Positions 11,940 to 25,800 of a DNA stretch of 64,000 nucleotides are shown in pieces. Each line of letters starts with the position of its first letter. The stretch's first letter is position 1. Both the position numbers and the translations under genes were made by a program. The notes below the pieces were generated by a model. That model was not told where the DNA came from. It ran no database searches and was given only the letters and a program-made list of their open reading frames with translations. This stretch comes from Amoebophrya sp. A120. Its lineage: Eukaryota > Protista > Dinoflagellata. The stretch spans positions 87,265 to 151,264 of the forward strand of contig CAJINV010000019.1 of the NCBI GenBank assembly GCA_905178155.1, given 5' to 3'.

Positions 11940-13530
11940 TAGGCGCGCCGCTGCAATCATCGGACCTATCGACACGTCGTTCGCCCGGCACACTTAGCAA
12001 CACGACCCCAGCTTGCTCAGAGAGGAGCGAGGCGAGGGGGGCGGGGCAGCTACCCGGCGGCCAAGGGAAGACACCTCCTCCACGAGCCAGCATTCAGCAA
12101 GCTGCGGTGAGCGGGCCGCGTAAATAGCGGCGCAGGACCGACGGACTGCGCGCCCACCCCGGCTGTCAGTTCTCAACGGGGCGTAGATCCTCTCCCATGC
12201 CTAGCTGGGCGCGCCATACATTACAACAACCGGGGCCGCCCAACCAGCACGCAAACATGCAAAGTTGTCGGCTCGGCGCAAATGAAACGCGGGGCCCAGG
12301 CCCATGAATGGAAACCACCGGGCCGGGCCATGTCTTTGGTGGCGTGGGCGGGCCCCTGCGGTGTCGGGGTTGCGGGCTCGCCTCCGCGCCGGGGGGGGCG
12401 GGGCGCCGCCCGCCCGGCCTGCCAACAAAGGCGGGCCCATTGCCGCGCGCGGACACACGGACGCCATTCGCCACCGGCTCGCACTTTCCCAGCTTGCAGA
12501 AGTAGCACACCGATCGGGCCCGCGGCGGGGGAAGGGCCCAACGTGGACGCGCCCGGCCCCTTGGCTTTTCTTTGCCCTACGTAGTCTACACCCACGCCGG
12601 CCATGTAGCGGGTTTTTTTGCAGAGAGAGGGAGCCCCCCCGGGCCGGCCGGGCTGTGTCGTTCGCAATTTTCTTCACGACTCAAACGCGGGGGCAAGCCC
12701 GCCGCGCGCGGGCGCCGGGCGACCGCCCGACGGCAAACCGGCAAGCCGCCCGCACGGCCGGCCGGGCAACTGCCCGACGGGCGCCTTTTTGCGAGCGGCC
12801 GGCGGCCGCTTGCAAAATAAAAGGCGCGCGGGCAGCCATCGCCGGAAGCAGGGCCCGGCTGATTGTACTCCCCCAACAAGGTACGAACACGACTAGCCGG
12901 CATTCCACAATCAACCCAAAGCATTGGGGCGGGCCGCCTTGGGCGCGCTGAGCAGGTTCTTGAAGACGCGGGCGCGAATTGGCCGGCGGGCGCGCATGCC
13001 CTTCGGCCAGGCCGACGCCTCGCACCCACCCGCCCGGGCGCGTGGCGTTTTCATGCCTGCGCGGCATTTACGCGCCGGCCACTTCACACGCCACCCGCCG
13101 CCCCAGCTTTTTGACATGCATCGCCGGGCGATCTGGCCAAGCCCTGACGCCAATCGAGGAAGCCACCGACGCGGACAAGATTCGCAATCTCGGAAAAATT
13201 GTTGCGCTTAGGTAGTTCGCACAGCCCTCGCCCTGCTCCCCGCCACCAGCCCACAGAACTCTGAGAGAGAATGCGCCGCCCTCTTCTTCTCGTCGCGAAG
13301 AAACACGGGCCACACGAGTGGGCCCGCTTTCTCCTTCTCGCCCTGCTGCGGCCGCGGCAGCGGTTTCGCCCAGCGGCTTCGCCTTGGGCAACGTGATAGC
13401 CCGGAGACCCTTCGGGATGTCGTCAGTGGAGGCACGGCAGACCTTGTAGGCCAGCTTCCCCATCTCCAAATCATCTCCACCGCCGGCGGTAGTCATCCAG
13501 ACCAGCCGCGAACGAATTGGCGCGGGGGGC
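11940..13530. other. GC-rich intergenic island 1
   Basis: Abrupt shift to very high GC with many short GC palindromes and A/T runs; ORFs in all frames are Arg/Gly/Pro/Ala-rich without motifs. Confidence 0.6.
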
Positions 13531-14183
13531 AAAGAACGGAGGAAGTGACAACACTCCTACGGCAGCGCCAATCAGTTACCGCAAAGCAGACCTGTAGAAA
13601 GCAGAACAAGAAAGCCACAGAGGGGCGCTCGCTTTAAAGGAACATATCACAAGGAAGACGGAACGAGCGCCGCCACCGCGCTGCTGCGTATCGAAAGGTA
13701 GGCTGACTTTCAGTTCGGGCGTAAGTACCCGGCCTTGTTCCCTTCTTCGGAAAGCGAAGTGATGAAAGCATTAACACTACTTGCCGCCCTGATCTCGACG
13801 GTAATTCTAGTTGCTCATCCACCTTGTCTTGCGTCTATCTTGAAGCAACTTTGGTGCTCTTTATTGTGACAAGTCATCTTTTTGGCACTACGGATTCAAT
13901 AGCTTTTGCAGCTAAAATCATTCTCATTTCTTCACTTTAAGTATTTGATTTGAACAAAAACCTACGAAAGAGAAAGCTTTGATTTTTGTCTGTCTACGTA
14001 GATCTTCCATGAAATTGCGAAACGATGTGCTTTGAAAAACTTGTGACTTTTTTCTGTGGTACACTTATATCACTGAAACTTATTTGAGATTCTGATTCTG
14101 TACAGCCTGTTCATACTTGATGTCGATCCCGTTTTACCTGACTTACCATCCTCTGGTCCTGTTCTCCACCACATTTCTATACT

Positions 14184-16757
14184 TTACTTGTATGCCCTAG
14201 AAGAGGTACTCTCCCGCGACCCGCCAAAGAATCCGGTCACTGCTCCAACCGTGCTACCCATCGACGCCGCCCGCTTTCGCAAAAACCGAGCTTTCCCGTT
14301 ACTCTGCAGGCGCCAATCGGCAAACGCAGTCGTTTTGTTTGCGCCAAAATCGTCCAAATCCGGATTTTTCCGACTGGAGTCTCGAGTGCCTGGAGCGGCA
14401 CTGTTGCTCTTCCGCGCAAAATACCCGGACCCCCCGACCACAGCCGTAGAACTCTCGTCATTCAGCAATAATCCGGGTTTCTTCGTCGGATTCAGTAAGA
14501 TTTCCGCGTTGCTCACCCCGCGATTACTGAACGCCGCGGTTTTCGTTCTATCCGCCTCGCGCCCAGCGTGGAAGGTTATCCACTGCAAAAGTATCGCACT
14601 CGTACTAATCGCAATCACGCATGTCAAGTCTGATGTTTCACCTGGATCTGCATGACAGATTTCAACTTTCTTCTAATTGAGAAAATTTGTCATGCGACTG
14701 ATGCTAGTAGGTGTACGATATTACTTTTGCAATGCATAAAGGTGACCGCGTCCCGATTTTCGAGCAAAAGCTTTCCGCCGTACCTCTCCGCAACTCTCGA
14801 GTGGATCTGGTCCATCAGTTATTCCATGCAAATATGTCTGCTGGGTCTGGAAGGATGCAACTTGTCATGCTGCATCTGAATCATGTGAAAATCTGTGTTG
14901 CATGATTGCCAAAAGCTGTCCATTTTTGACCTAGTCGAGAGGTAGTTTCCAATGCAGAATAGGCATGATAGAACTCTCACAGAGTCTGTCATGCTATGTC
15001 CTACACGCCAGACCTCATGGGTCATGGAAAACCTGCATGACAAACCTGGCATTCTTCCAGACCAAGGAATATTTGCATTTGATATCAGCTCGCGCGCTGG
15101 GATTTGGCTTGCCAAGTCCTGGGAGGGAATCATCGGCGGGTGATTGTCGGTGTTCATAGAAGAAAAAATTTTCTGCGTCGCTGGCAAAGTAGTGCTATTC
15201 TTTCCACCCAGATTGCCAGCATTGCTGGTCGTTCTCCGCGTCGCTCGCCGGTTGGGGGAGAGAGAATTCTGCAACTGCAGATCCATCTTTGTGTACTGGA
15301 ACTGAAAATCGGGATTCGCAGCAAACGCGCGCTCCTGCGCCGCGAGCGTCTTCTCCACGCTCTTCTGGATCAGTTGCGAAGAAGATGAAGTGTTGTGCTT
15401 GCTCGCTGCAACGTAGTTCTTTTTTGGCGTAGATAAAGTTTTTTTCACCGAAGTCGGGGAGAAGATTGAGGACCGATTTCCACCAGCATCATACCCGGAG
15501 GGTCTACTTTTCCTCCCGTTATCAATTTCATTCTGGTCCTTCGCGCTCGGCCGACTTCTTGGCCTTGGGAGCTGGTTTGAGCTTGAAGATGTCAGCAAGG
15601 TTGGATTAGCTCCTGCACGGCTCTGACGCTGGTTCAGGTGCGACGTCGGTGAGGTACCAGTCGTGTTATTTGGGGACATATCGTAAAGAAAAATCCCCCC
15701 TCCCCATATTGAAAACGCATCCGTCTGAAAATTTGTGATGCACATTTGTGACCTCAAATCTTGTCTGTAAGTCCAGAGAGCCTCCTGCATTTTGCAGGCG
15801 GTTTGTGATGCTGTTGGGCTTAGAGAATACACGTTTATTGCCATGCTAGGCGCCTACGTCAAAACCCCTCGACTGAGGCTTGCCACATTCCTGCAGTCCT
15901 CTACTGCAAAACAAATTTGATTTGTGTACGGAAATCCAGCATCAGAGACTTCGTTTCGATATCTATGGGGAGGGGAGATATTTCCTTTTGATAGGACAGT
16001 GTGAAAGTTCCATTGATGCTTGGACTCGATCGCGAAGTGGGTGACACTGTGGCCCTCCGCTGAGCGGACGGGCGGGCGCCGTCTTCTTCTTCTTCCTCGT
16101 CCGGTCCTCCTGCCGTCCCATCTTCCACAGAGATGATCGACCTGATCCGAGCGAGCTTTGGCTTTTTCGGCGAGGACATCTTCGTGGCAGATGAGTCCTC
16201 GTTGTTGCTTTTGTTGAACAAACCTGCTCCCTGCGATCGATCGTTTTGCAGTAGTCCACCAGCCCCTGCTCCTCCTACACTACTAGATGAAGCTGCTCCA
16301 CCGCTAGTCCCCGCCGAGCGATCCGTGGTGCCACTAACATTCCGCACCAACAAAGCTCGTCCGGACTTTCTACTTCCACTTCCACTGGTTCTTTGTTTCG
16401 GCGTACCAGATGATGCACCCGGAAAATAACCCGCAGAAGAAGACCCCCCACGGTCTGAACCTCCGGAAGAGCTGGGGGACGGCGAGCTGAGGAGAAGCGG
16501 GCTGTCGCTGTTTCCAGGAAAATTGTCCATTTCATCTTGTTCCTCTTCCAATGCCTCTTCTAGAGCGGATTTCGGTGCGGTGGATTTGTCTCTTGCGGAG
16601 GTAGACAAGATTTCCATCTCTGCGTTCCGAATGAACAAATGGTCCCGCGCAGACTGACGCGTGAAGCCTTTCTCTGTAGATTTTTGTGTTTTTGCCTTTT
16701 ATTCGTTCGAAAATTGATGTACCCCATGCCCATGCCCATCAAGTCAGCGGAGGCCAT
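14184..16757 (-). CDS. Low-complexity Ser/Thr/Gly-rich hypothetical protein, 3 TIR introns
   Basis: ORFs 15901..16638, 14819..15844 and 14184..14627 join in frame through elements 15679-15993, 14820-15084 and 14577-14738 (TLS/PNNT; REL/MDQIH; AVT/FHAG). 5' end uncertain. Confidence 0.75.
14577..14738. mobile_element. Introner family C
   Basis: tatccactgcaaaagtatcgcactcgta ... acttttgcaatgcata; flanks aaggt/aaggt. Confidence 0.9.
14820..15084. mobile_element. Introner family A
   Basis: Family A TIRs; flanks tcagt/tcagc. Confidence 0.85.
15679..15993. mobile_element. Introner family D
   Basis: tatcgtaaagaaaaatcccccctccccata ... tatggggaggggagatatttccttttgata; flanks ggaca/ggaca. Confidence 0.88.
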
Positions 16758-16887
16758 TTTGATTCGGAGTTGCGAAATCTTCGAGAAAACAGTTCAACTT
16801 TCAAACTGCTTATTGAGCTTGCGTATGCAAGAAAGATCAAGCCTAGGTTTTCGAACAGAAAGCCTCGACGCATCATGAAGTCGTTTG

Positions 16888-19800
16888 CTAAAAATTATGA
16901 GTACGCTTCTTCGTTTTTTCCCCGCTTTTCACGTTGGCGCTAGCCGGCCCGTACCGAAACGCGTTTTTCTTCAGTTGCGACACCGCCTGTCGTGTGTTAT
17001 GAATTGCAAAAGCATTGCATCGTACTAGTATAAATTGCATTACAAATTAGCCCAGCATTACAAATTAAATTTGTAATGCTGATTTGCCTTGAGAAAAGAA
17101 ATTTGTAATGCATAAATGCAATTACTACGAGTGCGATACTTTTGCAGTGGATACGTGTTCTTCTTTCGCAATGCCGTTTGGTCCTGTTCGTACTCAATTT
17201 TGCTCACCACCTTCTTCTATCAAATGCAAAAGTGTCTGTGTCTGGAAGAGTGTGAACTTGTCATGCTAAATCTGAAGCATGCAAAAATCTGTGTTGCATG
17301 ATTACCAAAAGCTGTCCACTTTTGACCTAATCGAGAGGCAGTTTCTCATGCAGGATAGGCATGATTATAGAACTCTCACAAATCTGTCATGCTCTGTCCT
17401 ACATACCAGACCTCATGAGTCATGTAAAATCTGCATGACAAGTCTGGCATTCATCTTCCAGACCCAGACATTTTTACAGTTGATATCTTCTGCTGTTTCC
17501 GCTCGTACCTGCGTCTGCTGAAAAACTGCTTCAACGTCTTATCAAATGTAAAAATGTCTGGGTCTGGAAAAGTGGAACATGTAATGCGTGTCATGCATTC
17601 CCAGAAAATCTGTGTTGCATGAGCAGCAAAAGAGAGGCTTGCTTTGTCATGCAAAAACGCAATTTGTAATGCGTGCTAGGCATCAGCAGGCCTCTCAAAA
17701 ATTTGTCATGCTTGGCTGCCATTGGAAGCGCTGCAATCATGCGCAATTCAGCATCACAAGTTTCCAGACCCAGACATTTTTGCATTTGATACGTCTGCTT
17801 CATCTGCATCTTGTGCCGCTTTTCGTCCAGCCAGAGCTGCGTTTCGGTCAGTTCGTAATCGCGCGGCTCGAATCGCTGCCCTGCATGTTCGGGTCGCTAT
17901 GCATTTCAAAAGTATCGCATTCGTATGAATGCATTACAAATTTCCTCAGCATGAGAAATAAAATTTGTAATGCAGATTTGCCTTGGGAACAAGACTTGTA
18001 GTGCAACGCTTGCATTTATACGAGTGCGATACTTTTGTAGTTCATAGCCGCGGTGGCTCGACAAAATCTTCGTCGTCGTCGTCGAACGAATATCCTGTGC
18101 AAAAGTATCGTACTCGTACTAATCGCAGTCATGCATTACAAATTCTGTTCTCAATGTAAATCCGCATTACAAATTTTATTTCTCATGCTGAGGGAGTTTG
18201 TCATGCATTTATACGAGTACGATGCTTTTGCATTCCATAATGAACAAAGATTCTTGGCGCTGTTGCTAAAAGCTGCGCCGTATCAAATGCAAAAGTGTCT
18301 GGGTCTGGAAGAATGCAAGATTTGTCATGCATATTTCTCATGACCCATGACTGTCTGTGATGTATGCCCTAGCATCACAGATTTTTAGAACCCTTCCTGA
18401 TGCACCTTCCGCATGAGAAATGCCCTGTCCCCTCTTGCTGATCATGCAATACAAATTCTTCTAGAGTCCAAAAACAGCATGACAAGTTGCAATCTTCCAG
18501 ACCCAGACATATTTGCACATGATACGCCGGCAGTGTTCGTCGTCACCGTCCCAACGACCGACTGTGCGTTGTTGATCTGATTCGGTCGCACCGGTAGCGT
18601 ATCAAACGCAAATATGTCTGGGTCTGGAAACTTGTAATGCTGAATTGTGAATAGTGAATTCTCTGTAATGCACAGCCAAGCATGAGAAATATTTGCGCTG
18701 CTTAGTGTTGCGCTCTCCGCATGACAAATTGCGTTTTGCATGACAAGCAAGAGGGTCTCTTCTTGGACACGCATCACAAACTCTTCAGTTGTCATGCCAG
18801 ACAAGCATGACAAACTTGCATTCTTCCAGACCCAGACATATTTGCAATCCATATAGCGCTTTCGAATCCGGCCGGTCGTCGTCTTCGATCGTCAAGAGCG
18901 CGGAACTATGAATTGCAAAAGTCTCGCACTCGTATTGCAATCATGCATTCGCAATTTCTTTTCCTTAACGTGAGTCCGCATTACAAATTTCATTTCTCAT
19001 GCTGAGGAAATTTGTAAAGTGCATTTTTTATACGAATACGATACTTTTGCAATGCATAGGAACTCGCGGTTCTTTTCTTCGCGTTGCGGTAGTTCAAGTT
19101 GCGCATCAAGCTCCCCAACTCGATCTCCTTCCAAATCCGAAAAGCCAAATTCCCCGCGCGGTTGACGAAGTCCCGGCGCGGGACGCCTCCGCGCTGAAAT
19201 AAATTTTCGGGTAAAACCTTCAACTCGAAGGCGTTTTGGTACCTCGTCTTCAGAACGTCGGTGAAAAACAAATCTAACGGCATTTTCGTCGTCCCTTTTT
19301 GGTGCCGATATTCGTACAGTAACCGGAGCTGGTAGGTGTCGGGGTGGAGTTTTTTTTTCATCTTCCTCAACCCGTTGAAGTTGTATTCCTCCAGGCAATC
19401 CGCCAAGAACTTGCCCTCAGCTCGAAACGTGTGGATTTGCTTGTTCACCAGAGTGGACCAACGTTTGGAAAATTGGTCCTGTAGCCGCTGTATCCTGTGC
19501 AAAAGTCTCGTACTCGTAGTAATTGCAACTATGCATGACAAGTTTTGTTCTTAAGGTAAAACAGCATGACAAGTTCCAGCTTTCATGCTGAGAAAATTTG
19601 TAATGCCATTTATACTAGTGCGATGGGATACTTTTGCAATGCATACGCTGCTTGCACAGGTCCTCACTTTGCTCCGCGAGGGTTTTTGTTTCATCTGCAG
19701 CAACATGATCTTGATGCTTTTTGTCTACTACACGGCCGTTATTTTTCGGAGAAGGAGACAACTTTGTCTTCGGACTCGAAGATTTCTGCGCATTTTTTCC

Positions 19801-22800
19801 AAATGCCGGCTGCTGCTGAAGTCCATCTCCGTCGCTGCCTATAGCCTCGTCCTCTGCTAATTCTTCCGCCTCATCCTCGGAAGAGGACGAGTCCCAATGT
19901 CTCATCAATTCCGGCGGTACCCCGTTTTTCCACAACTTCCGCGCTTTTTCCTCTTTATGCACTGCAAAAGCAACGCACTAGTATAAATTGCATTACAAAT
20001 TAGCTCAGCATGAAAAATTGAATTTGTCATGCTAAATTACCTAAGAAACCAGATTTGTCATGCTAGCCTGGCATTATTTATACGAGTACGATGCTTTTGC
20101 ACAGGATACTCTTCCTCCATTCGGAACTTCGTCGGGTCGTACGCGTAGCCGCTTGAAGACGAATATGCATTGCAGAAGTATCGTACTGGTAGTAATTGCA
20201 GGTATGCATTACAAATCTCCATCCAAAGGTAAAACAGCATGACAAATTCGATTTGTCATGCTGAGCTAATTTGTAATGCAATTTACTACTAATACGATGC
20301 TTTTGCACAGGATAACGAAGTAGCGGCTCCACCTGCACCTCCAGTTGCTCTCCCGTCGTGTAGATCATCACCATCATCGAAGTTGCGTTTTTTGTTCTTC
20401 CCGTGCTTGCTCGCCATCTTTCGCTTCCTCCTCTCCCCCAAGATACTCATCGGGGAAATCGAACTGGTACTTTGGTCGCCAGCATTCTGATTTTTCTCGT
20501 CATTCAAACTGTCTACTTCGCTGTTGTTATTTTCCAAGGCCAGCGTGATTGATTCATTTTTAGTCAGCTCCCGGACAAACCCGGGCGCTCGGCCCCGCGC
20601 GATATCCTGCTTGTTCAGTCCCGCTTTATACCAGCAAGACTCGCCCGAAATCGGGTTGTAGTAGTACAGTTTACCCGTAGTTTTCGACCGGTGGAGCTCC
20701 CAAACCAACCGCGGATTGTAGTACCCTGGAGTGGCTTCTTCGACGGTGCCATCCGGATTGAAAATCGTTTTGGTTTTTCTGCTACTCGCGAAGGAAAGGG
20801 AGAGCTGGTGATTGTTGCTTCTTTCCGAGAAGCTTTTGTTCATGCTCATCTGGGCTGCAGTGGCACGCGCAGAAGGACCACCATGTAGCGAGTGTTGCTT
20901 TTGTAGCATGAGAGATGTCGACATTTGATCCTCTTCGTTGGTTCCTCCAAACAAGGATGAGTGGTCGGCATTTGTTTTTCGTGGCAGAAAAATTGTGGAC
21001 CTGGATTTCTCCAGCATCTCTGTCTGGTCGGTTAAGTCGACGTCTAATTGCCGCTCGTAGAAATCAACCACTTCCTTCTCGTCTTCGTCCTCGGGCACGA
21101 AAATAGTTACCGACCTGGAAAACGCAAAGGCGTTTTCAAAATTTTTCAGAGTTTGCTCCAGTGCGTCATTTGCGCTGTGGCTTTCGTCCTCACCTTCGAT
21201 TTCTGTATCATTTTGATTTTCCGGTCCAGTGGTAAGTTGCATCGTCGTGGTGTCGTCCTGGCTTGGTAGTCTCGTTGTGTCGTCCTTGCTACCACCTCCA
21301 TAATGCTCATTCAGCCCGGTAGTGGTGGTGTCCAGCGTACCGTCTAGGTCAAAGCTGTCGAGGGAAAACTGCAGGGATTTATTCGTCGTGAATGTAGTGG
21401 GCTTCTTGCTCCCCCTTGTCGTCGTGCTGTCCTCATCATGATGTTCTACTTCTGTACCATCACCAGGCAGAAGCGCCTTCGGAGTAGTAGGAACCATAGG
21501 GTTCGCCTTCCCAGGATCGACTTCCTGCTCCGCAGCACCGGTGGTCTTTCGATGAAGATCTTGCAACGGCAGCTGCATCTTCCCCCAGCCCAGGGGGCCA
21601 CTATCGCCGCCTGTTCTCTGCCGCTCCAGCGTAGAAGTCTGTTCGAACTGCGCGGCTTGAGACACACAGTCCGCCAGACTTGCCATCGTTTTCCTCAACC
21701 CTTTATTCGACTGGGTGATGCGTTTCGGGATTCTTTTTTTCCCGTAGCCGTAGTACATGGACTTCGTTTTTATCAGGAACGACCGGCTCTCCGGATCGTA
21801 CAAATACCCCCGCTTCCACATCCAATCAATCATGGACTTCGTCGGCTCCCGAAGGCTATGCAACGCAAAAGCATCGTACTAGTATAAATTGCATTACAAA
21901 TTTGCTCAGCATGACAAATGCAATTTGTAATGCTGTATTACGTTTGGAGGAAGATTTGTCATGCAGATTTGCAATTAGTATGAATACGATACTTTTGCAC
22001 AGGATAAAGGCCCACCACGTGTCTCTTCGTCTCTTGCTGGATCTCGAAGATGTTTTCCAATTCCCTTAAGCCCTTCGTCGTCGAGGAAAGTGAGGATTTT
22101 TCCTCGTCGGAGTCGATCAGATTCTCTCCTGTGAGAATCATCTTCGTCTGCCGAAAGGCGCGCTGATCCTTCAACTTCTTCTCCTCAATGTCCTTCTTCT
22201 GCTTCGCGGTCAACGTCCACGGCTTGTCGGGGTCGATTTTAGAAATTTTCGCCGTCTTTTCTTTCATCTCCGTCGCCTGCTTTTCTACCCACTGCAGTTG
22301 TGCGAGTTGATTCTCTTTATCGGGTTTTTTGTTATCGTTGCCCAATCTCAGTAATGTGTTTTTCAGCATCACCTTCCCCAAAACCTTCCGCCCGGCGTTC
22401 TGAAATTTCTGCTGTGCCGCTTTCTTCTTCTCCCTCCGTTTCCGTGCCTGGTCGCGATTCAAAATTTCTCTGATCGTTTGCATCGGAACCAGGTCGCTGT
22501 TTCGGAAGACTTTCAAAAACGGATGGAGCTGTGTCGGGAACTGCTTCAGATCTTCTAGTGGGTGGAGGCTGTGGGTTCTGGCGTGGGTGAGGATCAATTT
22601 CGTCGAGGCGGAATGGGTAGCTTTTTTTTTCAAATTCGGGAGATAGTGCGCTGAGGATGACAGACTGGCGTTATTTCCTGGCGCTGCTAAGCCTTTGCTA
22701 GGTGAGGAACCACCAACTGCGTTGGTCATTCCGGAGACAGTTGTCGTCTGCTTGTTCATTATTTCCGCGGGAAACATCGAACCTGCTCCAGGCACGGCTG

Positions 22801-25800
22801 GCGCGTTTGCAGCGACCAGAAGATGATGATCTACAGGTGCATTACTGCTGTGTAGTTCGTTACTACTCGGCACCATCACCCCAGGGACTGCGGTGTTCTG
22901 CTCCAATCTCTGCAGCTCCCGCTCCTGTATGAATTGCAAAAGTATCGTACTCGTATAAATGCATTACAAATTTCCTCAGCATGAGAAATAAAATTTGTAA
23001 TGCTGATTTACATTAAGAAAAAGATTTGTAATGCATGATTGCAATACGAGTACGATACTTTTGCACAGGATATCCTGCTGCGCGATCACCGCGGCCGACG
23101 TCTGCACGCCCAGCACGCTGTCTATGGTGTTCTCAAGCGTTACATTCTCAAGTGTTACATGAATTTGTGATGCAAGAATGGGAAAAGTGAAAGGGGGGCA
23201 CAGCGTGTCTTGCATGACAGATTTGGCACAGATTATCAGCCTGCTTGGCTCTTCCAGAATTTGTCATGCAGAACAGCTTGATCGTGTAGATGATAATGCT
23301 AGTTTTGCATGACAAATCATGTAACAGTTGAGAATGTAACTTTTGAGAATCCACCCATACTGTCCCTCCGCCGTTGATCCGCGACTTTGCGGCTTTTCCG
23401 GATTTTTTCCTTCTCATTCTATTGTGAGGAAAATGTGCCCACCCCAGAGTCAAGATGGGGATTTCGCAACACAAACCTAGAAGCTTTGGGAGTCACGCAT
23501 GACAAGTTGCTGTCCGTAGTGTAGTGCAGGTTGGCAAGGACGGCCGCATTGAAAACCTATCTGCTTATCCTGTTTACAGCATCACAAATTCGAAAGCACG
23601 ACTGCAAATGCCTATCATGGGGATGCGCATCACAAATGATCCTGCTATTGCAAATCAGCATGACAACTCTGGGGTGGGGATTTTTTTACTCAGAATACGT
23701 TCTCCACCGCCTTCATATGCACGGCGTACCGCCACACCAAGGCCTCTATCCTGTGCAAAAGTATCGCACTCGTAGCATTTGCATCCATGCATTACAAATC
23801 TTTTTCTTAAGGCAAATCCGCATTACAAATTTTGTTTCTCATGCTAGGGAAATTTGTCATGCGATTCATACTAGTACGATACTTTTGCAGTTCATAGCCT
23901 CGAACCCGGACTCGTAGGTCGTTTGTGGGATTTGCAGGAGCATGTTAGTGACAACCGCGAGAAAAGTCGCGAGCAGGAAGGTATTGTGCGTGAACTGCTG
24001 GAGTGTCGGCAAAGTTGCAAGTCTTTCCACATACTGCTCTTCGGTTTCTGACAGACCAAAATCCAGTTTGTACACCAGAACGGCGAAAACCAGGGCGGGG
24101 AAAATGTGCATCGTGTGGTGGAGGAGAAAAACCAGGAACAGGTTTTGAAAAATGTCGGAAAGACTGGGCGTTTGATGCGCAGTTTCTGGTGGGATTTGAT
24201 GTAGTTTTTCTGCTCGCCCTTCATGTTGATCCTTTTCGTCCATGAAGTTCTGTGTTAAGAACATGCTGTGGACCTGCGTCGTCACAAATCTCTTCCGCCC
24301 GTAAAAAAAGCTCCGCTCTTCTTCCGGCCACATGGTAGGGACCGGTAAGCGCTTCGCTATTATCCCGGCTCGGTTCGCGCGCTGCATCACCTCCGCGACG
24401 ACAGCATCCGTTATCGCGTCATACGCCGCCTGGCTCCGCGCGGCCTGGAGAATATCGGGGGAGGGGGTGGTGAGGGAGAAGTCGTCCGAAAGCGTAGTAG
24501 CGCCGGAGACCGGAGACGGGGTCGACGACGTGTAGGCGGCGCCGTGTAAAAATTCAGTGCTTTGTTGAACCAGTGGTTTTATCTCTTCAACTAGCGGGTT
24601 TTTTTCAGGAGCGACGGCTGCAGCTGCGCCATTGCCATTGCTAGAAGACGTCGCGGCCACTATCAAAGTGAAAAAAGCCCCCACCCCATACTAAAACGGA
24701 GATTTGTGTAGCATGATTTGCCACCACAAATCTGGTTGTCATGCTAGAAGGCAAAAGATGCGGACTGTAGTGCTGGCTGGCGTGGGAAAGCCTTGCACTT
24801 TCAGCATGAGAGGAGGCAGCTGGAAGTGGGCAACAGCACGACAAACTGCCTGCAGTTCAGGCCACAGCTGCGTCTCTTGGCATTCTAGCAATACAAGTCG
24901 ATTTGTATACGCAAATCCAGCATCACAAGTTTCCTTTTCGATATGGGGAGGGAGGATTTTTCCTCGCAATAGCTACCGAAATAACCGGCGGCCGGTACCC
25001 TTGTGCCCACAGGGCGCTGGTTTCCTCAAAATTTGCCGTGGCCCACAGCCTATGAAATGCAAACGCATCGTACTAGTAGAAATCGCATGACAAATTCTCT
25101 CAGCATGAAAAATGCAATTTGTATATGTGGATTGACGTTTAAGAGGGAGATTTGTAATGCATGACTGCGATTACTACGAGTACGATACTTTTGCACAGGA
25201 TACAGCCGGTGGGTCAAGGAGGAAAAGGGGGAAGATTGTTCGATGAGTTGGTACTGCCAGAAGAAGAGAAACGCCAATGTCCCAATCGCGTTCCGCAAAA
25301 CCCGCAAAACCGCGGTCAGGGCCAAGTCCGTCGCGAAGGTCATGTCCAAGGAACACGCCAACGAGCCCCAGGTTCTTCGCAAGAGGGGCAGCCAGGTTTC
25401 GTGGTTGGTCAGCTTGATGCCGTCGATAGTCTCGTCCACCACCGCGAAAAAGACGTGTCGGGAGGTTTTCAGCGGCGGATGCGGTTCCCACGTGTGGTCG
25501 AAAATTTTCAAGCAGCAGTAGCAAAACACATCCACCGGATCGCAGAGAAGTAAGATCGGAAACACGTAGTTGCGGAAGATGGAGAGAAAGGTCAAAGTTT
25601 TATTGTTTCCCGGTGAGTTCATGTCGCTATTTTCTCCGTCTTTAGACTTGTTTCCCATGCCAGGTTTCGGCTTCTTCTTCTTCCCCGCGTTCTCCTCGAT
25701 GTTCTCTTTCGTTCGTTCGATTGTCAAAGCCCGGCGCCGCATTTCGGTCAGAAGTGACAGCGTCACGGTGCTCACCGCGACAAACTTGTAGACTTTGGTG

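Noticed and set aside
17116-20377. Recurrent peptides in the ORF track (YQMQKCLGLE, FPDPDIFAFD, CKSIVLV, YPVQKYRTR) as a repeated protein domain
   Set aside because: They are translations of introner TIRs in various frames and strands.
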